The notes: generated by a model from the sequence alone, not told the origin. Numbered from the stretch's first letter, positions 37,711 through 48,025 are shown. The stretch: DNA of 59,002 nucleotides from Thermoproteota archaeon (GCA_015522685.1 WALU01000016.1:1-59002); one strand, 5' to 3'. Made by a program: numbers and translations.

Positions 37711-38874
37711 TTGTATGATGTGGCCGTAATAGGTGCAGGTCCTGCAGGATCCTCTCTAACATATTTCCTAGCTGCTAAAGGATTTAAAGTCCTTATTCTC
37801 GAAAGAGATCGCATTCCTGCCTTAAGGACGATCTGCGGCGAATATTTACCAGATCCTAGCTCAATGAATATTGGTGGAGATGTGGCCTCGGCATATTACT
37901 CCTTTTTCGAGCCATTTATCTTGCATAAAATATCAAGAATAACCCTGAAAATGGGAAGTAGAGAATTCTCCTCAAACTTCATTGGTTATTCCATAGATAG
38001 AAAATCGATAATTAGAGAAAGGTTGAAAGAAGCTGTAGATGAAGGAGCAGAACTTAAGACGGGAGAAGCCTTCATTAATATCAATAAGTCGGACGAAGGC
38101 CTTTATATAAAAACTCTAAAGGGAGAATATGAGGCTCGATATCTCGTAGGCGCTGATGGTTTTGAAAGCAGAGTATCTAAAATCTTTGGGCTATATAACG
38201 AATTAAAATGTGATAATGTTGCTCTGGCATTTTCTGAGGAAGTTAGTCTGGATATGGAGGGACCTGAAGAAATGCAGCTCTTCATAGATGAAACCCTATC
38301 TCCTGGCACTTACGCTTGGGTCATTCCTCGCTCGCCGAAAAGAGCTAACATAGGGGTCGGTGTCAGATTAAACCTGATGAAGAGATTTAATGCCAGATTA
38401 TCTCTCAGAGAGCTGCTCAGAACTCTCAATGTTAGGGAGAATCTAAAAATTAGGATAAAGGGTAGATTTGTTCCAGTTAGTGGCATGAAGAAAGATATCG
38501 CGAAGGGGAGGATATTTCTCATAGGAGATGCTGCAGGGATGACCATCCCATCAAATGGAGGAGGAATGCACACTAGTATTATTGCGGCCTATCTGCTTGC
38601 TCAGTCAATGGAAAGTAGTGATTCGGTTGGCTCTTACACAAAGAAGGTGTATGAAATCATCCTACCTATGGTAACAACGGGACTAGTTCATAGAAAGGCG
38701 GCTGATTTCTTAACAAAGACCGGATTGCTCTGGAAGACTATTGATATGCTACCAGAGGAGATAGTCCGAGAGGTGATCGAAGTTAGGAAGGGAAGGTACT
38801 TTCCACTGCTTAGAGCCTTAGCGGCTTTTTATGAAATTGTAAGAGGCAAAGTCGGTAATTATCCACTTTGCTGA
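37711..38874 (+). CDS. Geranylgeranyl reductase-family flavoprotein
   Basis: YDVAVIGAGPAGS, ICG, GADG, PGTYAWVIP and IGDAAG-x-x-x-P-x-x-GGG. Confidence 0.9.
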   Translation: MYDVAVIGAGPAGSSLTYFLAAKGFKVLILERDRIPALRTICGEYLPDPSSMNIGGDVASAYYSFFEPFILHKISRITLKMGSREFSSNFIGYSIDRKSIIRERLKEAVDEGAELKTGEAFININKSDEGLYIKTLKGEYEARYLVGADGFESRVSKIFGLYNELKCDNVALAFSEEVSLDMEGPEEMQLFIDETLSPGTYAWVIPRSPKRANIGVGVRLNLMKRFNARLSLRELLRTLNVRENLKIRIKGRFVPVSGMKKDIAKGRIFLIGDAAGMTIPSNGGGMHTSIIAAYLLAQSMESSDSVGSYTKKVYEIILPMVTTGLVHRKAADFLTKTGLLWKTIDMLPEEIVREVIEVRKGRYFPLLRALAAFYEIVRGKVGNYPLC

Positions 38875-39895
38875 TGGGATTTTCGCACCCATTGCACTCC
38901 ATCTTACTGTCAAACTCATCATAGTAGAGTATGCTCTCTCTTGTACTCACTATGAATGCCCCTCCATTAGAGAGAGATGATATCATCCATCGAATTTCAT
39001 CCTGTAATGTTTTAGGTAGCTTAGGATCAGTCAAAGGGCTAAGCAAAGGGACTATAACCAAAAAATCTCTATTCTCATATACTATTGACTGTAAGAGTGC
39101 TATCAGGGACGCAAGATCTTTCCCGGTGGCTGGGAGATCTGATACATCTACAATTAATGTCCCTGCTGTTTCTGGCAGGGCCTCATGTAGCAGGGGCCCT
39201 TTCTCCCCCAAGATCATTAACAAGATGGATCTAGATGGCTCTGGTACTCTCATGTCCTCTAGTAGTGAAGTATCGCCCGTCTTTAGTACTCTATCTATTA
39301 TGAATGCATTGGTATTTGTAAGATAAGATAGAAGGTTCGATACCGTCATATGATAGGATGGTCCTAAGTTGCCAGCATATCCGAACCATGTATCTCCAGT
39401 ATTCGCGATCTTCACATTACCTGATTTAATTCTGCTCAATGCTTTACCAGTCCAATCTACCAGAACGACTCTTCTATGCCTAGATAGCTCCTTAGCTATT
39501 GAAATGGAGATAGAACATGCGAGCCCTATCGAATCACAGACTACTAAGTTAGATGAGAAGGATCTCCTCAACAGACTATCCTTACTACCGATTTTCTCTG
39601 GCATCCTCTGGGGTTTAGGAATATACGAGATGAATACTATGGGAGGGAATAGGAGGGATGCCAGAAAGATTGGTATAAAAATCTTATGATCCACCCTCAG
39701 CTTTAGCCTGAGTCCTAAGTATATGAAAGCGCTTCCTAAGACAACATTATATACTCTATGAGAATCAGGAATTATCAAACCCCTAGGTGCTTCAACGAGG
39801 ATAAATAAAACGCCGATGAAAGAGAGCAGTAGAAATACAAGATCTCTTGGGGATCTAATCAAACTTTCTACGGACCTAGAGAGAATGAAGATCAC
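38810..39895 (-). CDS. Membrane-anchored protein with a probable degenerate HerA/FtsK-like domain
   Basis: About three N-terminal TM helices, then SSNLVVCDSIGLACS...VVLVDWTG and GTLIVDVSDL, which align by eye with the HerA in this window. Confidence 0.5.
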   Translation of the reverse strand: MIFILSRSVESLIRSPRDLVFLLLSFIGVLFILVEAPRGLIIPDSHRVYNVVLGSAFIYLGLRLKLRVDHKIFIPIFLASLLFPPIVFISYIPKPQRMPEKIGSKDSLLRRSFSSNLVVCDSIGLACSISISIAKELSRHRRVVLVDWTGKALSRIKSGNVKIANTGDTWFGYAGNLGPSYHMTVSNLLSYLTNTNAFIIDRVLKTGDTSLLEDMRVPEPSRSILLMILGEKGPLLHEALPETAGTLIVDVSDLPATGKDLASLIALLQSIVYENRDFLVIVPLLSPLTDPKLPKTLQDEIRWMISSLSNGGAFIVSTRESILYYDEFDSKMECNGCENPISKVDNYRLCLLQFHKKPLRL

Positions 39896-39916
39896 CCTTT
39901 TCTCCTCACTATCCTT

Positions 39917-41581
39917 CTAGAGAGTCCTAAAATAACGGTCTAGATCCCTAACTTTCCTTAATAGATATCTCATCTCAGCTTTGCTTACTTCATCTAGCAG
40001 TTCGCTCAATCTTTCCTCATCTACGCAGAATCCATCAATTCTTCCATCAATTAAATTCTCTATCAGATCCACTTGGATCTTAGCATTAGTTAAATCGGCT
40101 ATTATATAATCGAAGTAGTTGGATGAGAAAGATAAGCTAGCCTTAATGGCATTCCTTCCCCCAAATTCGGAAATCCTTCCTATATCAAGCACTGCTCCAT
40201 CAAAGAACTCAGATAAACTCTCAGATAGTAATACAGAACTGGCATCTTTCAAGTATACTAATAGATCGAATGAAGGGAAGAGAGAGTATAGTTGAAGAAC
40301 ATTCTCTCTTGCGTTATTTAAATCGTTAATTTCCAATAAAATCTTCAGTTCACCTTTCTTGCCAGAAACGCTTATCTTTTCTTCCCAATTAGGATGAACC
40401 AATGCCAAATACGTCTTATCTTCCTCCATTAACTCTTCTTTTAAATTATCTATGTCAAGAAGGTATCCATCAACACTCTCAATCTCATGCATTTTCTTCA
40501 GCTTTACAAAAATCTTAGAGGCGATTGGTCTTATTTTCGGTATCTCCATTGCACTTTCGGCAATTTCCTTATGTGCTTCCAACTTCTCAGGCAATTCTCT
40601 ATAGCTGCTCATCTCCTCAAGCATTTTCATTACTCTCTTCTCTATAACTTTGGTAGGTGGCCTTTCTGACTCCCTGTGGGCTTGAATCACAAAAAATGAA
40701 TTGCTTCCTTCCTGAATAATCCATTCCATGAGTGTTGGAGTACCTAATATAAGAGATAGATTCGATGAGATCTCAGCTATACTCCTAGCTTCCTCTCCCC
40801 TTAATGAGGGCTCCACCCAAAGATCACGGGGTACTTCTACCTCTCTTGGACCTTGAGGGCTGGGAGCTAACTTAACTTTCTTCTCACTAAGTTCACTTTC
40901 TACTATATCCATAAGATCTATGCTTATCCGAAATTTATCCTTTGGCATAGAGTCCATGGCTCCCCAAGTCGATTCTACAAGTATTTCATTCTTCCTCCTA
41001 GCTGGACAGCATATAGCTAAACCAGATGATCTAGGAAAGATGACCTCCTGAAGCATAATGGCTAGATTCATATCTTCCGGGTATATACCCAGATCTAAGA
41101 GCCTTGCCATTGATCTAAGGGAAAATGCTCTGCTAATTACTTGTTGCACTGATCTCATAATCCCTTCTCTAGTTGGCTCATCATACCATACGGACATCCT
41201 CCCCTTCAGATCGCCATCTCTCAGCTCTGAAGCATAGGGAGATGGTCTAGCTATAACTATCTTACCTATATTACCAGCTATCGAGTCCAAAACCTCACTA
41301 ACGAGCTCTTCAGGAACGCTGAGTGATAGAATACTCGATCTTAAGTCCCTTTCTAGCTCTAGAACCTTATTTAAATCCTCCTCATCTAGTAAGGCTCTAG
41401 ATAATCTGAAAACTTTATGCCTAATTCCATACTCCAATAGAAAATCTGATATATCCTCGCTAGGTATTATAATCGTGAATGGTATACTCACTTCAGCCTC
41501 TTTTACTTTAGATAAATTCATCGCTTTAAATCCAACATTAATCTCAAATCTGGCTAAAGGATCATCTATACCTATTATCAT
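39917..41581 (-). CDS. Divergent PEP/pyruvate-binding (PEP synthase N-terminal ATP-grasp-like) protein
   Basis: VGFKAMNL, LAIMLQEVI-x-P-x-x-SG, ILVESTWG and MEW...FVIQAH; no phospho-His domain is visible. Confidence 0.7.
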   Translation of the reverse strand: MIIGIDDPLARFEINVGFKAMNLSKVKEAEVSIPFTIIIPSEDISDFLLEYGIRHKVFRLSRALLDEEDLNKVLELERDLRSSILSLSVPEELVSEVLDSIAGNIGKIVIARPSPYASELRDGDLKGRMSVWYDEPTREGIMRSVQQVISRAFSLRSMARLLDLGIYPEDMNLAIMLQEVIFPRSSGLAICCPARRKNEILVESTWGAMDSMPKDKFRISIDLMDIVESELSEKKVKLAPSPQGPREVEVPRDLWVEPSLRGEEARSIAEISSNLSLILGTPTLMEWIIQEGSNSFFVIQAHRESERPPTKVIEKRVMKMLEEMSSYRELPEKLEAHKEIAESAMEIPKIRPIASKIFVKLKKMHEIESVDGYLLDIDNLKEELMEEDKTYLALVHPNWEEKISVSGKKGELKILLEINDLNNARENVLQLYSLFPSFDLLVYLKDASSVLLSESLSEFFDGAVLDIGRISEFGGRNAIKASLSFSSNYFDYIIADLTNAKIQVDLIENLIDGRIDGFCVDEERLSELLDEVSKAEMRYLLRKVRDLDRYFRTL

Positions 41582-41585
41582 AAGA

Positions 41586-42353
41586 TCATCTCCAGTCTAA
41601 CCTCATATTATCTCCTACATCGGCTTCTAGGAAATCGGCAGCGCTTCCTTTAGCTAAGGAGAGTTCAAGAAGTTCTGTACTTCCCTTTATCATAAGTAAT
41701 CCTTTTCCACTGTAACTGGATGATTTAAATGCTTTGGCTGAAAGCCTCCTTATATTTACTATAGCATGATTGGATTTTACGTTCTCCCAGCTTATGTTAG
41801 TCATTATATTTCCGAATCTATCTATGTTCATAACCTCCCCTTCGATGAAATTCTCACCCAACTTTACCTTCCAAATATCTATAACTTCCATTGATTTTTT
41901 CCTAAATCCTAATTCATCTGGTGATTTACCACATGCAAGCATGGCTGCAATCGGAGCAAATATATCCCTCCCATCAAAAGTTCCCGTCCTTCTATGTATT
42001 AATTCAGTCCCCTTCAGATCTATCTTGTATAGATCGAACTCTGATTCCTGTATTGAAGGATAGAAAAGTCCATTATCTGGCCCAACAAAAGTATAATCTC
42101 TCGATTTTACGATTATAGGGTCTCTAGCAGTCCCAACTCCTGGATCAATGACTCCTAATACTATAGACTCTTTCTCTATCCATCTAAGAGCCTGCCATAA
42201 GATGAACGATCCATGCTTCACGTTAAACTTCCTTACATTGTTCGTTATCTCGATAATCTCGGCTTTCGGACACAAGGTCCTAACAACGCCTTTCATGGCA
42301 CATACATAATAATCATTATTGCCGAAATCGGTAAGAAAATATATGGAGACCAT
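41586..42353 (-). CDS. SAM hydroxide adenosyltransferase (DUF62 family)
   Basis: LTDFG, VIDPGVGT-x-R, VGPDNG, TF-x-GRDIFAP and IDRFGNI-x-TN. Confidence 0.92.
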   Translation of the reverse strand: MVSIYFLTDFGNNDYYVCAMKGVVRTLCPKAEIIEITNNVRKFNVKHGSFILWQALRWIEKESIVLGVIDPGVGTARDPIIVKSRDYTFVGPDNGLFYPSIQESEFDLYKIDLKGTELIHRRTGTFDGRDIFAPIAAMLACGKSPDELGFRKKSMEVIDIWKVKLGENFIEGEVMNIDRFGNIMTNISWENVKSNHAIVNIRRLSAKAFKSSSYSGKGLLMIKGSTELLELSLAKGSAADFLEADVGDNMRLDWR

Positions 42354-42408
42354 CAGGATCCTTCTATTCCATATTATTTTTAATTATGATGGAAGGAGGA
42401 GAACTTTC

Positions 42409-42618
42409 ATGATGCTAAAGGGAATTGCTATTGGAGCTATAGGCCTCGCACTATTATTGTTAGCCATTTCCATCCCTCTCCTCGACGAATATGATTTCAT
42501 ACTTGTTCTAAAAGCTCTTTCACTATTTAGCCTTGTTTTAATTTCTTTAATCCTGCTTATAATTGCATGGAAGCTGATAAGATTCAATCCTCCTCCGCCA
42601 GCGGCTTCTCTAACCTAG
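42409..42618 (+). CDS. Small two-TM membrane protein
   Basis: GGAGG SD before ATG 42409; two hydrophobic helices. Confidence 0.55.
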   Translation: MMLKGIAIGAIGLALLLLAISIPLLDEYDFILVLKALSLFSLVLISLILLIIAWKLIRFNPPPPAASLT

Positions 42619-43168
42619 CTGAATATAAAGTCTCATAGATTGGTCCCTTAAGAGTTAATATGCTCTTTTTGAATCTTATCTCATCTACTCCTATAGTCCC
42701 TATTTCCATGTCACTCATCTCCCTTAAGATATCTGGCAGGTTGTCGGAGTATCTTCTTACCCTAGCTATAGTCAGATGGGGCTCGAATGATTTATTCTCT
42801 CTCTTAAAACCTAGCTTAACTAGAGACCTATCTAGCTCTCTTGCAATTTCTATAAAATTTTCTCTGCCATCAAGGACTCCTACCCATACGACGTTAGGTC
42901 TGCTTATTCTAGGGAATGCACCAATGCCATGCAGCATCATAGTAAACGGAGAATAGCCTTCAGCAATACTGCTTATTATGGATCTAATTAGATCTAACCT
43001 ACTTTCCTCCACATTACCCAAGAACTTCAGCGTGAAGTGAAGATTACATCTCTCAACTATCTTGAGCTTCACGTTGGAGTTTAGTATCTTCTTTTGTATC
43101 CCTGCTATTTTACTTACTACTTCTTCATCCTCAACATCAACGGCGATAAAACTCCTTATGCTGGACAC
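42584..43168 (-). CDS. thpR: RNA 2',3'-cyclic phosphodiesterase (2H family)
   Basis: RSFIAV, LHFTLKFLG, PHLTIARV and S-x-L-x-x-x-GP-x-Y. Confidence 0.93.
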   Translation of the reverse strand: MSSIRSFIAVDVEDEEVVSKIAGIQKKILNSNVKLKIVERCNLHFTLKFLGNVEESRLDLIRSIISSIAEGYSPFTMMLHGIGAFPRISRPNVVWVGVLDGRENFIEIARELDRSLVKLGFKRENKSFEPHLTIARVRRYSDNLPDILREMSDMEIGTIGVDEIRFKKSILTLKGPIYETLYSARLEKPLAEED

Positions 43169-43525
43169 TCATCTCAGCTCCGGAGGAACTCCTTTGTTCG
43201 GAATCATGCAGAGGAATAAAATCTCCTCATAAGCATAGTACTCATGGGGCTCATCTGGAGGTATGTATACAACATCCCCCTCTTCAACCTCATATTCCTT
43301 TCCTCTTATCCTAATCTTGCCTCTGCCCTTAAGCACTAAGATCTCATGCTCCCATGGGTGACTATGCTCAGGTATCTTTCCCCCAGCCTTCACCTTGAAT
43401 ATCCTCATGGAGAAATTGGGAACGCCATCTTTCGGGGAAAAAATCCACTTGATGTAAGTGGATTCAGCCTGTGGGACTCGTTCAAAAGGAATCTCATCAA
43501 TGTGCTTCAATATCGGCTCAGGCAT
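43169..43525 (-). CDS. Cupin-domain protein
   Basis: GG-x-IP-x-H-x-HPWEHE and GDVVYIPP-x-EPH. Confidence 0.9.
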   Translation of the reverse strand: MPEPILKHIDEIPFERVPQAESTYIKWIFSPKDGVPNFSMRIFKVKAGGKIPEHSHPWEHEILVLKGRGKIRIRGKEYEVEEGDVVYIPPDEPHEYYAYEEILFLCMIPNKGVPPELR

Positions 43526-43630
43526 ATACTTAGTAACATTGATAGCGTATAAAGATAGGGCTCAGCCTTGAAGCGATAATTATTCATGACTCATGGATCA
43601 CCTCCAATATCGCCACTCCAGCAATCTTCC

Positions 43631-44515
43631 TCACACTGATATTAACTCCACTCTTAGCTGCTTCCTGACCATTTTCAGAAGTCTATCCATATCGGAGGGC
43701 ATTATTAAGGCTCCCGCTGCATTCTTATGTCCTCCTCCTCTAGCCTCTACAACCTTTAGTGCAGATAGAGGGGAATTGGGCTGGCTCCTAATGGATATCC
43801 TAAAAGCACCATCAGATCCAGACGTTATGGTACCAAAGAGGAGGTATCTTTTAGCGGCTAGCTGAATAATGGGAACAAGGTATGCAGGAATGCTTTCTAA
43901 CTTCACCAGGAGAGCTTCTCCTCCACTCATAGACGTTATCTTCTCAATGAGATCTCCATATTCCTTCTCTATCAGATGAGTTTCCCTTCTTATTGAGGGT
44001 AAATCAACTAAATCACTGCTTGTTGCTGGCGGATGAAGAAGGAGATCTCTAGATACCTTAGCTAAGTACTTCCTCTTCACTTTGAATATCTTTCTTATGG
44101 CTGAAGTGAAAAGGGCAGAAGAAAGATCCAAGTTCCCAGTATCTGTTTCATCAACCAGGGTTATTGTCCCCTCATAGTTCTCAATCGATGGCTCCTGCCC
44201 CTTTACTAGATCGTAGAGGAGTCGAGCTGTAGATGGATACTCTGGCTTCAAATAAGCCCTTTGGACACGATTAGTGAGGAGAATATTAGATTCATGATGA
44301 TCTACTAAGATTCTTGCTCCGCCTTGCGGCGGAGGGAGGTCTAAGACTATATCGTAGCCTTCTTCTATTGTTTTTATCTCATACGGAGCCGTAAACTTGA
44401 GCTTTAATTTACTTGGGTGCAGCAAGATCACAATAGCTGCTGAAAATAATCCATCCAGATCTTCGCCATGGCTTACAATGGAGAGTTTTTCACTCTTAGA
44501 TATGAACTCGAACAT
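43631..44515 (-). CDS. DHH/DHHA1-family phosphoesterase
   Basis: H-x-x-DLDG, VLDLP, VDHH, DTG and GGGHKNAAG. Start taken at ATG 44515. Confidence 0.87.
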   Translation of the reverse strand: MFEFISKSEKLSIVSHGEDLDGLFSAAIVILLHPSKLKLKFTAPYEIKTIEEGYDIVLDLPPPQGGARILVDHHESNILLTNRVQRAYLKPEYPSTARLLYDLVKGQEPSIENYEGTITLVDETDTGNLDLSSALFTSAIRKIFKVKRKYLAKVSRDLLLHPPATSSDLVDLPSIRRETHLIEKEYGDLIEKITSMSGGEALLVKLESIPAYLVPIIQLAAKRYLLFGTITSGSDGAFRISIRSQPNSPLSALKVVEARGGGHKNAAGALIMPSDMDRLLKMVRKQLRVELISV

Positions 44516-44581
44516 TAGAAATGCTCTCCTCGTTAGTATAGTTGGATAATGATTTAAAATATTAACATTAACAGTTACGGG

Positions 44582-45043
44582 ATGGGACGCAGGGTAGTCG
44601 TGGCGGGTACGTTTGATATAATTCATGAAGGGCATATTAAGATGCTATGGAAAGCGAAGGAAATCGCTGGAGATGATGGAGAATTAATTGTAATAATTGC
44701 TAGGGATGAAAATGTCAAGAGGTTCAAGGGAAGATCTCCTATAATAAGGGAATCATCCCGGGCTTATATAGTCAAGAGCTTCAAACCAGTTGATAGGGTA
44801 GTTCTGGGAGAGAAGGATCCCTTAGATTCCATAGTTAAGCTGAGACCTGATATTATCGTCTTGGGATATGATCAGTGGGCGGGAGAAAAATGGCTGAAGG
44901 AGGAGCTGAAGAAAAGAGGTTTAGAAGTAGAGGTAATTAGGCTTCCTAGGTTTGGAGATAGCTCCTCTTCTTTCATAATAGATAGAGTCATCAAGCTGTT
45001 TTGTTCATTTAAGAAGGCTGAGGATAGATCTAGAGACCTCTAG
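44582..45043 (+). CDS. ribL: Archaeal FAD synthase (cytidylyltransferase family)
   Basis: VAGTFDIIHEGH, IIARD, PDIIVLGYDQ and SSS-x-I. Confidence 0.85.
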   Translation: MGRRVVVAGTFDIIHEGHIKMLWKAKEIAGDDGELIVIIARDENVKRFKGRSPIIRESSRAYIVKSFKPVDRVVLGEKDPLDSIVKLRPDIIVLGYDQWAGEKWLKEELKKRGLEVEVIRLPRFGDSSSSFIIDRVIKLFCSFKKAEDRSRDL

Positions 45044-45469
45044 CGAAAGAGTTTTAACCTCTCTTCTATCCCCTAGGTTCTCATAATCAAGTTTCGTCCA
45101 TAATTTCGAACCAAGCTTGTATAGATCCTCATTGAAGTTCCATCTCTTCATTAGAATAAACATAGTATCTAAAATGTCCCTTGATATTCCGCAAATGGTC
45201 TCTTGATCGCCATCTGTTGCTTCGTAGCAAAGCTTTACGCTTTGAACTATTAAGTAAGACAAGCCACAGATGAGGGATCTTAGATCTCCTCCTCTCCAAT
45301 CCTTTATATTGTACCCTATTAATTCAAAAAGGAGATATCTAAGATACCCCTCTGCTCTGCTGAGTTTCTTAATCTTCTCTCTTAAATCCTTCTCTTCTAA
45401 AAATTCTCTAATATACATTAAAAGGTTCTCATCAGCTTCAAATAAGCACTCGTTAGAATGGTCGGTCAC
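45005..45469 (-). CDS. Hypothetical protein
   Basis: 154-aa ORF with native-looking composition filling the gap; no motif recognised. Confidence 0.6.
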   Translation of the reverse strand: MTDHSNECLFEADENLLMYIREFLEEKDLREKIKKLSRAEGYLRYLLFELIGYNIKDWRGGDLRSLICGLSYLIVQSVKLCYEATDGDQETICGISRDILDTMFILMKRWNFNEDLYKLGSKLWTKLDYENLGDRREVKTLSLEVSRSILSLLK

Positions 45470-45534
45470 TGCAATTCAGGGATACTTGAGCACATCCTTA
45501 AAATCCTTAAGAATCACATTTACGAGAGTTAAAC

Positions 45535-47214
45535 ATGAGATGGATAATAGCTTCGGCTTGGCCCTATATAAATGCTGTTCCTCATCTGGGAACCTTAATA
45601 CAGGTACTCTCATCCGATGTATATGCTCGCTATAGAAGGAAAGCCGGTGATGAGGTAGTCTTTGTTTCAGGCTCCGATGAGCACGGAACTCCCATAGAGA
45701 TAGAAGCTATTAAAAGGGGAATAAGTCCGAGGGAGTTAACTGATAAGATGCATGAATATGTTTCTGGGTTATTTAGGAAATTTGGCATAAGTTATGATAA
45801 TTACACCAGGACAGAAAGCCCCACACATGTGGAATTCGTCAAGGAGTTCTATCTAAAAGTCTATAAGAATGGACACATATTTGAAAAGGAAACTGAGCAG
45901 CTTTACTGTCCAAACGATAAGATATTTTTGCCAGATAGATTTGTTGTGGGTACTTGCCCATATTGTGGTTATGAAAAGGCTCATGGAGACCAATGCGATA
46001 GATGTGGGAGGCTCCTTAATCCAACTGATCTAATAAATCCAAGATGCGCTATCTGCGGAGCCACGCCTATAATAAAGAGAACAAAGCACTGGTTCTTCGA
46101 TCTCCCTAAGTTCTCCGATCAGCTCAAGGAATATATCGAAGGAAATGATCAGCTTCCAGATAATGCTAGATCCACATCCCTTGCCATGATTAACGATGGC
46201 CTTAAACCAAGGTCTCTAACTAGGGATAATAAGTGGGGAATCCCCGCTCCCTTCTCTGGGGCTAAGGGAAAGACTATATACGTTTGGATGGAAGCTGTCC
46301 TTGGGTATGTATCTGCTGTGAAAGAGCATTTCAATCAGATTGAAAAACCAGAAGAATTTGAGAAATTCTGGAAGAACAAAGAGACAAAATCTGTTTACTT
46401 TATAGGGAAGGATAACATTCCCTTCCATACCATAATCTTCCCAGCTCTACTTATAGCAAGCAATGAAGGTTATATCCTTCCCTATAATGTTGCATCGACA
46501 GAATTCCTCCTTTATGAAGGAGATAAGTTCTCCAAGAGCGAAAGAAGAGGAATTTGGATGGATGAGGCTCTAGTCCTTCTACCAGCTGATTACTGGAGGT
46601 TTTATATGATCTACATAAGACCTGAGCATAAGGACTCTAACTTCTCTTGGGAGGACTTTGAGGCAAAGATAAACGATGAACTCAATGACACACTAGGCAA
46701 CCTAATCCATAGGGTCTTATCCTTTATATCCTCCAAATATGGAGGGGAAGTCCCAGGTACCTGTCTAGACGGGGAATCAAAGAAAATGCTTGAGGAAGCT
46801 AAGGAATTAGCTAAAAATATTGAGGATAGCTTGGAGGACTTTAAGCTCAGAGATTCTCTGAGAAATTTCCTTGAGATGGCTAGGATAGGCAATAGGTTCT
46901 TTAACTCCAGAGAGCCTTGGAAGGATATCAAGGAGAACAAGAAGAGGACTGATTCAACGGTATTAGCTTCCTACAATTTGCTAAGAGCAATGACCTGCTA
47001 TATGCATGTGTTCATGCCCTTCTCTGCGGAGAAGCTCTGGAATATGATGGGGCTCCAGAAGAAGCCAGCTAATTTCTCTGAGGCATTTGGTATAGTTAAA
47101 AGTATCAAGATAGGGAAAGTAAAGCCACTATTTCATAAAGTGAGCAAAGAAGAACTCATAAAGAAGCTTGAAGACATAAGAGAGAGAAAAAAGATTTTGT
47201 CATCCATAGAATGA
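45535..47214 (+). CDS. metG: Methionyl-tRNA synthetase (short form without the C-terminal OB domain)
   Basis: AWPYIN-x-x-PHLG, GSDEHG, zinc-knuckle cysteines, YVW, IGKDNIPFH and KFSKS. Confidence 0.97.
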   Translation: MRWIIASAWPYINAVPHLGTLIQVLSSDVYARYRRKAGDEVVFVSGSDEHGTPIEIEAIKRGISPRELTDKMHEYVSGLFRKFGISYDNYTRTESPTHVEFVKEFYLKVYKNGHIFEKETEQLYCPNDKIFLPDRFVVGTCPYCGYEKAHGDQCDRCGRLLNPTDLINPRCAICGATPIIKRTKHWFFDLPKFSDQLKEYIEGNDQLPDNARSTSLAMINDGLKPRSLTRDNKWGIPAPFSGAKGKTIYVWMEAVLGYVSAVKEHFNQIEKPEEFEKFWKNKETKSVYFIGKDNIPFHTIIFPALLIASNEGYILPYNVASTEFLLYEGDKFSKSERRGIWMDEALVLLPADYWRFYMIYIRPEHKDSNFSWEDFEAKINDELNDTLGNLIHRVLSFISSKYGGEVPGTCLDGESKKMLEEAKELAKNIEDSLEDFKLRDSLRNFLEMARIGNRFFNSREPWKDIKENKKRTDSTVLASYNLLRAMTCYMHVFMPFSAEKLWNMMGLQKKPANFSEAFGIVKSIKIGKVKPLFHKVSKEELIKKLEDIRERKKILSSIE

Positions 47215-47226
47215 TCCATTAGATAT

Positions 47227-47937
47227 TTAACTCCCCTTCCTGACATTTACCTTTATCTGAACTTCTCCAGAAGCTATGGGATGGCCAGGTTTCACTGCTT
47301 GAACTACGACGGAATATGTTTCATTATTCGTCACATTAGCCTTCCAATATATAACCCCCTCCCCACTAGAATTAGTGTAAGCAACATCTGTAACAGTCGC
47401 ATTTCTACCCAATGTTAATGCAAGAAGCTTTGCATTCTCTACAGGCTTACCATTCATCATAACCTTCACTTTTGCTTCATCACTTACCTCAGCATACTGC
47501 TTCTTTGAAGTGATGTTAATGAAGGTATTTATCTCAGGTTTTTTCACCTTTAAAGTCAAGTTAAGAGGAGAGCCTCCGAATACATTAAAGAAGCTTTCTT
47601 CCTCAACTAAATTCCCATCCAATGTAGCTTGCATCTTAATGGCATAGTGACCTATCCTATATCTCCCTTCATTTATGCTGAGCTTCGCAGAAACCTCCTT
47701 GGCAGGCTTAAGATTTATTGCATCGACAGTTTTGTTAAGCTCTAGATCAATTACATACAGCTTTATGGATGATGGCTCATTAGAAAACATCGTTCTCACC
47801 TCTAATTCACCTCCTAAAGGAACTGTTTCTTTATTTAGGCTTATTCGGAATTTAGGAGCATTTATTATGGGCCAGAAGAGAAGAATAACTATGAAGGTCA
47901 GGTTAAGCAATAATACAACTTTTGTTTTTGCATCCAT
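47227..47937 (-). CDS. N-terminally anchored or secreted beta-rich (Ig-like) protein
   Basis: N-terminal hydrophobic helix; GKPVENA...YTNSSG motif; several N-x-S/T sequons. Confidence 0.65.
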   Translation of the reverse strand: MDAKTKVVLLLNLTFIVILLFWPIINAPKFRISLNKETVPLGGELEVRTMFSNEPSSIKLYVIDLELNKTVDAINLKPAKEVSAKLSINEGRYRIGHYAIKMQATLDGNLVEEESFFNVFGGSPLNLTLKVKKPEINTFINITSKKQYAEVSDEAKVKVMMNGKPVENAKLLALTLGRNATVTDVAYTNSSGEGVIYWKANVTNNETYSVVVQAVKPGHPIASGEVQIKVNVRKGS

Positions 47938-48025
47938 GTCTCAATCCCATTGTAAATGGGCTTCCCTTAATTAATGATTATCGTTGTGAACGAATCTTAT
48001 TATTTTCCTCTAGGTTCTTATTAGG

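Noticed and set aside
1512-42353. Apparent SAM-metabolism theme (mat, ahcY, DUF62, speD-like, radical SAMs)
   Set aside because: The genes are scattered over 40 kb in different transcription units; no evidence of a cluster.
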